Shown one piece after another: positions 18,121 to 27,608 of a stretch of 64,000 nucleotides of DNA (position 1 is the first letter of the stretch; every line of letters starts with the position of its first letter). Origin of the DNA: Thermodesulfobacteriota bacterium (GTDB lineage: Bacteria > Desulfobacterota > Desulfarculia > JACQYL01); assembly GCA_963675595.2 (NCBI GenBank), contig CAXXLZ010000002.1, positions 1,216,001-1,280,000 of the forward strand, given 5' to 3'. Below the pieces are notes generated by a model that was given only the letters and a program-made list of their open reading frames with translations, was not told where the DNA came from and searched no databases. Made by a program: the position numbers and the translations under genes.

Positions 18121-18150
18121 TTCCTAACGGATTTCCCCAAAGCGAGGACG

Positions 18151-19389
18151 ATGATGCCTGAGAAGTTGCGGGGTCTGCTGGTCAGCGACAGAACCGCCCT
18201 TGCGGCGGATATGCGGGACGAGATTGCCTCCAGAGTCAACCTGGAAGTGATCTTTACATCGTCCAATGCGGCTTATCCTCTGATCAAGGAAAAGGCGCCC
18301 AAGCTCCTTTTCATTGATGCGGTCCGGAATCCCGAGTCGGCCATGAGCCTCGCCGCACGAGTAAGACGGTTCCTCCCAGGCACTCTGGTGTTCGCCCTGT
18401 GCGAATCCAGGGATCCGGACCTCATCCTGCGCTTCCTGCGCGCCGGCGTCAGCGACTACCTCGCCTATCCGCCGGAGGCCTCGCACGTACTCATCTCCAT
18501 AGACACGGCCCTTGACGCGGAACGACGCAAACGAAGAGAGGGAGAAGTTCTCGCGGTGTTCAGCTGCAAAGGCGGACAGGGTGTGACGACCACGGCGGTG
18601 AATCTCGCCGATCATGTTCGGACCCTGACCGACGCCAAGGTCCTCCTCGTGGACTTCAATTTCCGATCCGGCGACGTGGGGCTGCAACTGGGCGGGCATA
18701 CTACATACGGTTTCACACGATTTATCCACGACATCGACAGACTGGACGAGAATCTTCTCTTCTCTTCCACGGAGCTACATCCCAACGGATTCTACCTCAT
18801 GTCCGCGAAACCGGATATGCGAGCCGAGGACGGAATCGCTCTGGAGCAGATCAGCCAGGGGTTTCACATATTGAAGGAGTTTATGGACTTTACCATCGTG
18901 GATCTGGGCAGCGACTTCAACGAGAGAACCGCAACCGTGTTGGATGTGGCGGATCGAATCCTTTTGGTGGCCCAACAATCCGTGCCCGCCGTGCGCGGCA
19001 TCGGCCGCGTGCTGTCGCTTTTCAGAGAAGCGGGATACGGCGACGAAAAAGTGAAGATCGTGATCAATCGGTTCGAAGGAAACCACATCGTGGGTCTTAA
19101 GGAAATCGAACGGGCCCTGCAGCGGAACGTCTGCGCAACGGTGGCCAACGATTACGCGGCGGTGTCGGATGCCGTGACCCAAGGGGACCTCCTCACCAAA
19201 GCCCATGACTCTTCTCGCGCGAACGCGGACCTGCGCCTCCTCGCGAGGACGCTCACCGGCATCCCGGAGAACGGCCACCGCCCCGACTCCAAATGGAAAC
19301 GGTTGCTCAAACGTTTTCCGTCTTCTCTGGGCATCCCCGCACGAACCCGCAAAGAGCCGCAGCCTGAAACGCATGAGGACGCATCATGA
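18151..19389 (+). CDS. cpaE: CpaE/TadZ pilus localisation ATPase (receiver-like + MinD)
   Basis: VFSCKGGQGVTTTAVNLA deviant Walker A; receiver-like N-terminus. Confidence 0.9.
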   Translation: MMPEKLRGLLVSDRTALAADMRDEIASRVNLEVIFTSSNAAYPLIKEKAPKLLFIDAVRNPESAMSLAARVRRFLPGTLVFALCESRDPDLILRFLRAGVSDYLAYPPEASHVLISIDTALDAERRKRREGEVLAVFSCKGGQGVTTTAVNLADHVRTLTDAKVLLVDFNFRSGDVGLQLGGHTTYGFTRFIHDIDRLDENLLFSSTELHPNGFYLMSAKPDMRAEDGIALEQISQGFHILKEFMDFTIVDLGSDFNERTATVLDVADRILLVAQQSVPAVRGIGRVLSLFREAGYGDEKVKIVINRFEGNHIVGLKEIERALQRNVCATVANDYAAVSDAVTQGDLLTKAHDSSRANADLRLLARTLTGIPENGHRPDSKWKRLLKRFPSSLGIPARTRKEPQPETHEDAS

Positions 19390-20744
19390 GTCTGGTCGAG
19401 CGACTCAAAGGGGGGATCAATGAGGGCAAGCCGCCTGATTGCAAGCTTCCCGGCGGCCGCCCGGACATGTCCGCCTACTACAAGCTTAAGAATAAAGTCC
19501 ATTCGAGACTCGTCGAAACACTGGATTTGGGAAGCATACCGGACCTCCCCAAAGAGACTCTCGAGGACTCCATCGGGGAAGCCGTCACGGAAGTCGCAAT
19601 CAAGGAGGGATTCCCGCTCAACAAAAACGAACAAGACGCCCTGGTCTCCGACGTATTGAACGAAATACGCGGTCTGGGACCCATCGAGCCTTTGATCCGG
19701 GACGATACGGTTCAGGATATTCTGGTGAACACCTTCGAGCACGTGTACGTCGAAAGAGAGGGGGTCCTGGAACTCACACCGATCCGTTTCCGAGACAATG
19801 AGCACCTAATGCAGATCATTGATAAGATCGTGTCTTCCGTGGGTAGAAGAATCGATGAGTCGTCTCCCATGGTGGATGCCAGACTATGGGACGGCTCCCG
19901 CGTCAACGCGATTATTCAGCCGGTGGCTCTCGACGGACCCATACTCTCGATCAGAAGATTCGGCTACCGGCCTTTGAGAATCGAAGATTTGGTGCAAAGA
20001 CGAAGCATCCCGGCCGAGATTGTCGAGTACCTGCAAGCCGCCATCCGGGCGAAACTCAACATGCTCATTTCAGGAGGAACCGGAAGCGGCAAGACCACGT
20101 TGCTCAACATCCTTTCCGCTTTTATTCCGAGTTCCGAGCGCGTGGTAACCATCGAGGACAGCGCGGAACTCCAACTGCAGCAAGCCCACGTCGCCCGACT
20201 GGAATCCAGACCTCCCAACGTCGAGGGGAGAGGCGAAATCACTCTGAGAAGCCTGGTCCGCAACAGCCTGAGAATGCGTCCCGATCGAATCATCGTGGGC
20301 GAGGTGAGGGGCGCCGAAGCCCTGGACATGCTCCAGGCCATGAATACCGGACACCAGGGTTCCATGAGCACCATTCACGCCAACACTCCTCGCGACGCCC
20401 TGTCCAGGCTGGAGATCATGGTGCGCATGGGCGCCCTGCAAATCTCCGAAGGAGCCCTGCGAAGCCTCATGGCGAGCGCGGTGAACATCGTCGTTCACTT
20501 GGAACGTCTGTCCGACGGCAAAAGAAGACTCCTTTCCGTGTCCGAAGTCGTGGGAATGGAGGGTGAGGTCATCGCCATGCAGGAGGTGTTCGTCTTTGAA
20601 CGGCGGGGCGTTTCCTCCTCCGGCCGCATACGGGGTGAGTTCAAAGCCACGGGTGCGCCTTCCATTTACGTCGAGCATATGAAGCAATACGGAATAACGA
20701 TCGACCCCGCAGTGTTCAAACTGCAAAAGCCTGTGGGGGATTAG
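19386..20744 (+). CDS. tadA: TadA/CpaF assembly ATPase
   Basis: GGTGSGKTT; TIEDSAEL; LRMRPDRIIVGEVRG; MNTGHQGSMSTIHAN. Confidence 0.97.
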   Translation: MSLVERLKGGINEGKPPDCKLPGGRPDMSAYYKLKNKVHSRLVETLDLGSIPDLPKETLEDSIGEAVTEVAIKEGFPLNKNEQDALVSDVLNEIRGLGPIEPLIRDDTVQDILVNTFEHVYVEREGVLELTPIRFRDNEHLMQIIDKIVSSVGRRIDESSPMVDARLWDGSRVNAIIQPVALDGPILSIRRFGYRPLRIEDLVQRRSIPAEIVEYLQAAIRAKLNMLISGGTGSGKTTLLNILSAFIPSSERVVTIEDSAELQLQQAHVARLESRPPNVEGRGEITLRSLVRNSLRMRPDRIIVGEVRGAEALDMLQAMNTGHQGSMSTIHANTPRDALSRLEIMVRMGALQISEGALRSLMASAVNIVVHLERLSDGKRRLLSVSEVVGMEGEVIAMQEVFVFERRGVSSSGRIRGEFKATGAPSIYVEHMKQYGITIDPAVFKLQKPVGD

Positions 20745-20747
20745 AGC

Positions 20748-21707
20748 ATGCAATCAGTGGTGTTCATTCTGGTGTTTGCTTCGGTGCTGCTTTCGTTCGT
20801 GGGATTGTATCTTCTTTGGACAAACCGGCGCACCGTTTCCAAAGACTTCGTACTGGAACGAATGGTTCCGCGCGAAACGGGGGATGCCCTGGCGTCGGAG
20901 CAGCGTACGGCCCGCTTGAGAAACGCGGGTTGGGTGGAAACCGTGTGCGCCCCTTTCATCAGGCTCGATCTCCTGGCCCCCCTGCTCTCTTCCATCGGGA
21001 TTCCCTGTTCGGCCGCAACCTTTCTGTGGATTGTCCTCCTCTCCGGTGGGCTCCCATTCGCGCTGTGCCTCGCGGCCTCGGGTTCCCTAAGCGTGGGTTT
21101 TATCGCGGCCTCTATCGGCCTTTCCGTGCCCTTCGCCTACTTGACGTACCGAAGAAAGAGAACGGAGAGGAAGCTGGTGGAGCAATTTCCCGATGCCCTC
21201 GAATTTACCGTTCGCGCTCTTCGCGCCGGTCAGTCTTTGGACAAGGCCCTGCAGGGCCTCGCATCCAACCTCACGGAACCCATGTCCGGTCAAATCCGCT
21301 TCATTTACGATGAAATGTCCCTGGGACTTCCCTTCGCCGAAGCCTTCAGAAGGTTCGAATCGCGATTTCCCAAGGTAGCCGAAGTGAAGATATTCTGTAC
21401 CGCTCTGATCGTACACAGAGAAACCGGAGGAAATCTTGTCCGCATCCTCGAAGTATTGAGCGACAACATCAGGCAACGCATGCGACTGGACTCCCAGATA
21501 AAAGCGACAACAGCCGAAGTCAGGATCACGGGCATTATTTTGGGGCTGCTTCCCTTCGCCCTGCTGGGAGTCTTCTACCTTCTGAATCCCGAGTATATTC
21601 GGGTGCTGTTCATCCATCCGGTGGGACGGAAACTGCTCCTCTCCGCCGCGGGTCTCGAACTTATCGGTTTTTCGGTCATGCGTGCCATGACCAGGGTGGA
21701 GATGTGA
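20748..21707 (+). CDS. tadB: TadB inner-membrane platform protein
   Basis: QFPDALEFTVRALRAG...RETGGNL T2SSF motif. Confidence 0.92.
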   Translation: MQSVVFILVFASVLLSFVGLYLLWTNRRTVSKDFVLERMVPRETGDALASEQRTARLRNAGWVETVCAPFIRLDLLAPLLSSIGIPCSAATFLWIVLLSGGLPFALCLAASGSLSVGFIAASIGLSVPFAYLTYRRKRTERKLVEQFPDALEFTVRALRAGQSLDKALQGLASNLTEPMSGQIRFIYDEMSLGLPFAEAFRRFESRFPKVAEVKIFCTALIVHRETGGNLVRILEVLSDNIRQRMRLDSQIKATTAEVRITGIILGLLPFALLGVFYLLNPEYIRVLFIHPVGRKLLLSAAGLELIGFSVMRAMTRVEM

Positions 21708-21710
21708 CCA

Positions 21711-22622
21711 ATGGATCGGCTTCTCCCTGCCGCCGCCTTTGTCGCCGTACTGGCGTTGTGTATGTCGGCGGTGTCGGCATACGAAAAACGAAAAAGAAGA
21801 GAGCAGTTGCTGCAACGTCTTTCCGTATCTTCGGACACGCAGGAATCCGGCTTAAAAGAACAGCTTCTGGAGTTCCTCGGGTCCATGGGACGTTTTGGTG
21901 TGCCCAAAAAAGAGGAGGAAGCCCTGCGGATTCGCAAGGACCTTCTCCACGCCGGTTTTCACGGCGAAGACATTCTTCTTCAATATTACGGTGCTCGTTT
22001 GTCCCTCGGCTTGGCATTCGCGATTCTGTTTCCCCTGTTCCTCGCGATGGTAGGCAAGTCCGTGTCACAGAACCTTTTCTACATTCCTTTCGCCCTGACT
22101 TTGGGCTACTACCTGCCCCCCTTGTTCGTCGCGAGAGCGAAGAAGATACGCGGACGAAGGATATTCCGTGAGCTCCCGGACACCATTGATTTGCTGGTCA
22201 TCGGTCTGGAAGCCGGTTTGAGCCTGGATGCCGCACTGTACCGGGTAAGCAGGGAAATGAAGAACATGGCGCCCACCGTGAGCAAGGAGTTTGGAAGGTA
22301 CTTCTTTGAAACACAGGGAGGAATTCCGAGAAATGAGGCGCTTTCCAACATCAAGAAGCGTTCTTCCGAAGAAGGACTCCGTTCCTTGGTGGACGTCTTG
22401 CTGCAGTCCGTCAAATTCGGAACGGACATGAGTGCCGCTTTGAGAGCATATGCGGAATCCATGCGTTTTCAACGAGTCGTTTTAGCGCAGGAGAAAGCGG
22501 CGAAGATAGCGCCCAAGCTCACCATACCCATGATCCTCTTCATCTTGCCGGCCCTTGTCATCGTCATCCTGGGTCCGGGGGCCATCCGCCTTCTGGAACG
22601 GCTGTCCGGGAGCTTCTTCTGA
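21711..22622 (+). CDS. tadC: TadC inner-membrane platform protein
   Basis: ELPDTIDLLVIGLEAGLSLDAAL...AQEKAAKIAPKLTIPMILFILP. Confidence 0.93.
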   Translation: MDRLLPAAAFVAVLALCMSAVSAYEKRKRREQLLQRLSVSSDTQESGLKEQLLEFLGSMGRFGVPKKEEEALRIRKDLLHAGFHGEDILLQYYGARLSLGLAFAILFPLFLAMVGKSVSQNLFYIPFALTLGYYLPPLFVARAKKIRGRRIFRELPDTIDLLVIGLEAGLSLDAALYRVSREMKNMAPTVSKEFGRYFFETQGGIPRNEALSNIKKRSSEEGLRSLVDVLLQSVKFGTDMSAALRAYAESMRFQRVVLAQEKAAKIAPKLTIPMILFILPALVIVILGPGAIRLLERLSGSFF

Positions 22623-23449
22623 TGGAATCTCAACGCTTGGCGACAACATCAAGAACCACCACCCGGGTTCGATTCCTTCTTGTTTCTATTTGTTTGGTTT
22701 GCTTGGTGCTTACCACGGGATGCCGGTCCCATCTGGAAAATACTCGGGGAGAATCAACGGAGGAGCTCAAAAAGGAGGCCCTGGAAAGGAAACAGGCTCT
22801 CGATGAGCTGGATTCCAAATGGCGGACCGAAGAACCGGACCACGTGGCCCTGGCTCGCATCATGGTGGACCGCAAGCTGTACGATGTTGCGTTGCGCCTT
22901 CTCCGGGAATCCGATGCACCGGACAGTGCGGAACGCTTTTACCTGGAAGGTGTGTGTCATCGGGAAAAGAGCCGTTATGAAACGGCGATTCTTCAATTCA
23001 AGAAAGCAATCGAGTTGTCCCCGCGTTACTCACAGGCCTACGAGGGAATCGCTCTTACGCACGACCTCATGGGACAGAGGGAAAGCGCACACGAGTACTA
23101 TGCAAAGGCCATCGAGGAGAATCCTTCCAGCTCTCGATTCTACAACAACTTCGGTGTGTCGTTGCTGGTGGCCGGCCGATACGAGGAAGCGGCGGAGCGC
23201 TTGGAGACCTGCGTACGGCTGGATCCGGAGTCTCTCCGCGCCTTCAACAACCTTGGCCTGGCCTACGGGCTGGCGGGCAGGGAGGAAGACGCCCTTAAAG
23301 CCTTCTTGAAGGCCGGAGATACGGAACATGCTTACAGGAACATGGCCTTCATGTACCGGGTCCGAGGAAACAAAGAAAAGAGTCGAGAAATGGTCCATAA
23401 GGCCCTGGAGCCGAAAGACATCAAGGATGAAGGTGCCAAGAAACCCTGA
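22622..23449 (+). CDS. tadD: TadD-like TPR lipoprotein (pilotin)
   Basis: Lipobox LTTGC; multiple TPRs (FYNNFG, AFNNLG). Confidence 0.8.
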   Translation: MESQRLATTSRTTTRVRFLLVSICLVCLVLTTGCRSHLENTRGESTEELKKEALERKQALDELDSKWRTEEPDHVALARIMVDRKLYDVALRLLRESDAPDSAERFYLEGVCHREKSRYETAILQFKKAIELSPRYSQAYEGIALTHDLMGQRESAHEYYAKAIEENPSSSRFYNNFGVSLLVAGRYEEAAERLETCVRLDPESLRAFNNLGLAYGLAGREEDALKAFLKAGDTEHAYRNMAFMYRVRGNKEKSREMVHKALEPKDIKDEGAKKP

Positions 23450-23519
23450 ACCCGGCAGGCCTTTTCCGGCGGACTGAACCAGGGGTTCCGGCATCCCCTG
23501 CCCTGAGTCGGATACGGTA

Positions 23520-25037
23520 ATGACAAAGCGAGGAAAAGACATGGGACCCGCCGACGACCAAAAGCACCACCGGCGCACGTCCTGGACGGGAAACGAACAA
23601 GGTTCCGTGGTCCTCGTGGTGGCTGCGGGCATGCTGGTCATTCTCGGATTCCTGGCCCTCGTCCTGGACGGCGGCTACCTCTACGCAACGAGGAACAAAT
23701 ACCAAAACGCCGTCGAGGCCGCGGCAATGGCGGGCGCCATCCATTTGTGCGGGTCCGATCCCGAACTCACGGCTCGGGAAATCGCTCGGGAGAACGACGT
23801 CCCTTATTCCGAGGAGGAAGGTCTCGTTGTCGTTTTCGGTTTCTATGACGAGCACGACGACTACGGGGACTTCCCGGAATACAAGGACTTCGTTGAAGAC
23901 CCGTTTCCCGAAACGAGCAGAAACGAGGCGGTGCGCACCGGCGGCACCGATCCCGAGTATAACAACGCCGTGCTGGTTTCCCTGAACGGAAGCGTTGACA
24001 CCGCCCTGGCCGGCGTATTGGGATACCATGTGGTGCAGGTTTCCGCGGCCGCGGTGGCCTATCTGGAAAGGTACCTCATGGTCTCTTTGGAGGAGGACGG
24101 CGAAGGAATCACCACCGCTTCGAAATCCTGGGATTGGACCGACGGAGGAGGCAACAGCAACCATAACCAGCCTGAATTCCGCAACGGCAATCTTTACAGC
24201 AACGGAGACATTACCTTTTTCACGGGCACCACCTGCACCGGCCCGACCTTTGTCGATTCCAAGGCCTATGCGCATGGAACCGTGAGTCCGGAAGAACTCG
24301 GGACCAACCAGGCTTCGCTGCTGACTCCTCCCGGGACTGATTGGGAGGCCCTGCGGGAAGCGGCGGAAACCCACGGCAAGGTCATCGACTCGCTCTTCTT
24401 CCAGACTCTTCCTCAATACAACAAAGCCCTACGCAAAGGCGTGGATCGCTACGGAAACTGCTACCGATGCAATACGGACGGGTCAAACCCCTATTTCACC
24501 CCGCGTCCGGGCAATCACGACGGCAGAACCTATTACGTGAGTGAAGACGTGGGAGATTCCCTCTGGATCGGCGACGTTCAGTGCAGCGAACTGTACTCCG
24601 AAGAATACGACGTAACCAACCTTACCCTGGCGTTCGAATCGGACCACCTGGGATTCAATCACGACACTCCCGTCATCACGTGGGGAGGCGAGGAAGCGGA
24701 CGAAACGGTTCGGTTTTACGGGAGGGATTTGATGATGGGAGCCGTCTCCGATTACGAATACGCCAGTGACAGCGGCAATCTATTGGAGGGCGTGGTTTTC
24801 AATGCTGAAAGGGACTTCGGATACCGGCCCGCCGGCGGCGGCTTCGGGGATGCGGAGGATTTGCCCCCGGAGATTCGGAAGCTTCGGGTCTTTGCGGGGG
24901 AACGCATCATCATCGGAGGGTACGAAGGATACATAGCGCATCAGGACCGATACCCGGTCGGCTTTGACGCCAATTTCGGCCCGCCTTGCCCACCCTCCAT
25001 GGTGCGCCTGGGGATGCTCGAACACACAGACGACTGA
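23520..25037 (+). CDS. tadG: TadG-like minor pilin/adhesin with a large unknown C-domain
   Basis: NEQGSVVLVVAAGMLVILGFLALVLDGGYLY..RNKYQNAVEAAAMAGA. Confidence 0.85.
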   Translation: MTKRGKDMGPADDQKHHRRTSWTGNEQGSVVLVVAAGMLVILGFLALVLDGGYLYATRNKYQNAVEAAAMAGAIHLCGSDPELTAREIARENDVPYSEEEGLVVVFGFYDEHDDYGDFPEYKDFVEDPFPETSRNEAVRTGGTDPEYNNAVLVSLNGSVDTALAGVLGYHVVQVSAAAVAYLERYLMVSLEEDGEGITTASKSWDWTDGGGNSNHNQPEFRNGNLYSNGDITFFTGTTCTGPTFVDSKAYAHGTVSPEELGTNQASLLTPPGTDWEALREAAETHGKVIDSLFFQTLPQYNKALRKGVDRYGNCYRCNTDGSNPYFTPRPGNHDGRTYYVSEDVGDSLWIGDVQCSELYSEEYDVTNLTLAFESDHLGFNHDTPVITWGGEEADETVRFYGRDLMMGAVSDYEYASDSGNLLEGVVFNAERDFGYRPAGGGFGDAEDLPPEIRKLRVFAGERIIIGGYEGYIAHQDRYPVGFDANFGPPCPPSMVRLGMLEHTDD

Positions 25038-25207
25038 GGACCGCGTTCGGAAGTTCCCCAGTCTATGACTGCGGAATATGATGCATTGACGTCTGATGCG
25101 CAACACTCTCGCCATGCGGCCGGCCCACATCAATGCCTGAAATGAAGGGAGAATGTCCCGTGAAGAGACTCGAGAACCGTGAAAGGAAGTCTGTTCGACG
25201 CAGGACC

Positions 25208-25507
25208 ATGAGGACGCCTTGGCGCTGTTTGCTCCTGTGCGTGGGCCTCACCGCCTGCGCCTGTTCCGCGACGCCGGAACGCGCCGCCATGGAAACCAAC
25301 GCGGCCTTTCGAGGCTATTTCGAGGCTTCCTTCACCGCTCAGGTGATCAACCGGAATGCTCCGGCCGATGCAACACCGGTGGAAGGCTATCCCGGTGAGA
25401 TCGCGGCAAAGGCCTATCAGGACTTCAAGGATGGCTTCGGGGAAGCGAGTTTCGAAGAGCAGGTGGGACAAATGCAACTGGGAGATGAGGCTTTCGCCGA
25501 CAAATAG
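25208..25507 (+). CDS. Small Tad-associated lipoprotein
   Basis: Lipobox-like LTACACS; AQVINRNAP..TPVEG.PG motif; last gene of the tad run. Confidence 0.65.
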   Translation: MRTPWRCLLLCVGLTACACSATPERAAMETNAAFRGYFEASFTAQVINRNAPADATPVEGYPGEIAAKAYQDFKDGFGEASFEEQVGQMQLGDEAFADK

Positions 25508-25534
25508 CGCCGAGTGCCGGCGCCCGACCCCATC

Positions 25535-25700
25535 GGCACGGATTTCCCGGAACCACCCGAGCATCTCCTGCCGGGGGGCCAACGGCTCCCCGGACCCCCG
25601 TTGCGGTTCTGCGAATCGCGTACGCGATTCGAAAAGCGAGCAGCATATGACCGTCCAAGGTAGTAGAATGCTCAAGATTTTGGGAGAGCGCCCGAGCCCC
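25535..25700. repeat. Dispersed repeat with central palindrome CGAATCGCGTACGCGATTCG (copy 1)
   Basis: Same core and flanks at ~42260-42445 and ~55535-55686. Confidence 0.85.
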
Positions 25701-25894
25701 TCACCGTCCTTCCCCTCGGGGTCCACCCGGCCGTTCTTCCAGCTTCAACCACCCATGAACAACCGTCGGTTGAAAGAACGGCCAAGATTCCGCTATTTAA
25801 AGTGGGACTCCCCGGCCTGTGCCTTTTCGTAACCTTCGCACCGTCTTTTCCGCGGTGGATCCGAGTCTTCTGTTTGCCTCGGCCCGAGAAGCAT

Positions 25895-26314
25895 TTAGGT
25901 GGTCAGGGTCTTGCCGATGACCTCTTCGTTGTCGACTCCAATGGACGAGTGCCAAAGGACGATCTTCCAGCCGTCGGGCTCTTTCTCAAACACCACGGTC
26001 AAACGGATCTGCAATTCCGTTCCGTCCGGCAGCTTGAGCACGGGTCTGCCGGCCACCCAGCCCATTGAGCCCTCTTGGAATGCCAGGGGATCGTCGGCCA
26101 CCACCTGAAAACCGCTCACTTCCTTGAGTTGGGCCGTGAATACCTCGGTGACGGCATCATATCCGAGCCACCACTCGTCGGGGTCGGTGCCGATGGCCAA
26201 CAAGCCGTCCTTCCCTGAGAAGCGGCGAAGGAAAAACTCATGGTCGCCGTTGGTCTGGGCATCGCAGAGCTTCCGATACAGTTCCTTCAATTCGGCTGAT
26301 TCCTGCATCATCAA
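25895..26314 (-). CDS. SnoaL/NTF2-like protein
   Basis: AIGTDPDEWW...RLTVVFEKEPDGWKIVLWHSS. Confidence 0.88.
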   Translation of the reverse strand: MMMQESAELKELYRKLCDAQTNGDHEFFLRRFSGKDGLLAIGTDPDEWWLGYDAVTEVFTAQLKEVSGFQVVADDPLAFQEGSMGWVAGRPVLKLPDGTELQIRLTVVFEKEPDGWKIVLWHSSIGVDNEEVIGKTLTT

Positions 26315-26390
26315 TCCTTTCCGGGTCGGATCGGTTGTCCGGGCATGGGTTGTCCCGTTTCAGGCGCCATCCGCAAAGCCGAAGCATCGG

Positions 26391-27233
26391 CTACATGGAA
26401 GAGTCATCAAGCGCCGTATCACACAATAACTGCTTCAGACGTTCGCTCAAAAACATGATGGATTCAATATCCAAGTGATCGGTAACGGTTTCATCAAAAA
26501 GGAGTCCGGCTTCCGCTTCAAACCCGTCCTCCGGCTGCGCGTCCCAGAACATCAAGATCACCGGTACCCGGGGCAGGACTTGAAAATGGAAGGCCGCGTC
26601 GGCTGATCCGATCTCGTGGGTGACCTCCCGTGCTCCCAACTTCATCGCGGCGTTCCGCAGGTGTTCGATTCTCCCCTGGAAAGCCTCCTTGATCGGCGCT
26701 TCGACCCGACTCTTCATGGTTTTGATTTTCGACACCGTGTTGGGGAACTCCACCAGGCCTTTCCAGTTGCCCGGCGGCTCCGAACTCCCGCCCTGTGCCA
26801 CATGATTCAGAATAAACACCTGTTCCCATCGGGTAAGGGACGTACCGTCCCGATGCGTCACGGCGCCATCGGTGATGAGGATCGTGTCGTTGAAATAAGG
26901 AAGTTCAAGGCTCGATCGTCCGCCCTGATCCACGATCCGACCTTGAATTCGTTCGGCCACGTCGCGCACATCCATGGAAGCCGACCGTTGCTTGGCCCAC
27001 TCCAGGGCATCCTGGGCCATGTCTCTCTTGGTCCATTTGCCGGCCGCATACTGGGCCTGAAGTTCCGCGTTGCGGGCGGCCACAACCTCAGCCGAAAGAT
27101 GGGGACATTTCGCCAGGGACAGCTTCTCCGAAATCACCATGCTTGCGAAGGCCAGGCAGGTGGGAAACCCGCACTCTCCGCAATTGGTTTTGGGCAGAAC
27201 ATCACGATACAGGTCCAACGGAGAAAGCGGCAT
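26391..27233 (-). CDS. Fe-S cluster (LPKTNCGECG) + DUF3786-like protein
   Basis: LPKTNCGECGFPTCLAFA...CPHL; LPRVPVILMFWD..F..EAGLLFD. Confidence 0.85.
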   Translation of the reverse strand: MPLSPLDLYRDVLPKTNCGECGFPTCLAFASMVISEKLSLAKCPHLSAEVVAARNAELQAQYAAGKWTKRDMAQDALEWAKQRSASMDVRDVAERIQGRIVDQGGRSSLELPYFNDTILITDGAVTHRDGTSLTRWEQVFILNHVAQGGSSEPPGNWKGLVEFPNTVSKIKTMKSRVEAPIKEAFQGRIEHLRNAAMKLGAREVTHEIGSADAAFHFQVLPRVPVILMFWDAQPEDGFEAEAGLLFDETVTDHLDIESIMFLSERLKQLLCDTALDDSSM

Positions 27234-27608
27234 TTGCGTAAGCTCCAAACGACATTTTCTTGTACAAAGGACTTGAAGCCGAACCTTGACCCCTGCCGAC
27301 GGCTCTCCCGCCCCCGAATCCCGCGGATCGCCGTTCAAGCGGTTGCGCCTGGAGGATTCCGGGGAGACGATCCGACAACATACCAATTACACGGAATCAT
27401 TGCCACAGATACCGCACCGCGGCAACCTATGAGTCCCGCATGATCGGCTTTGCCCAACCATTCTCTGTCGTTGAACGATTTTAGCCGCCCGCCCTGACAA
27501 TGCCGATCCGCTTCCCTGTCTCGACCGATGGCATCGACAAGGCAATGATGCGCAGAAGGGGCGCTACAATCGCCCCTTCTGCTCTCAGAGACCACGTGAT
27601 CCGGTGTT

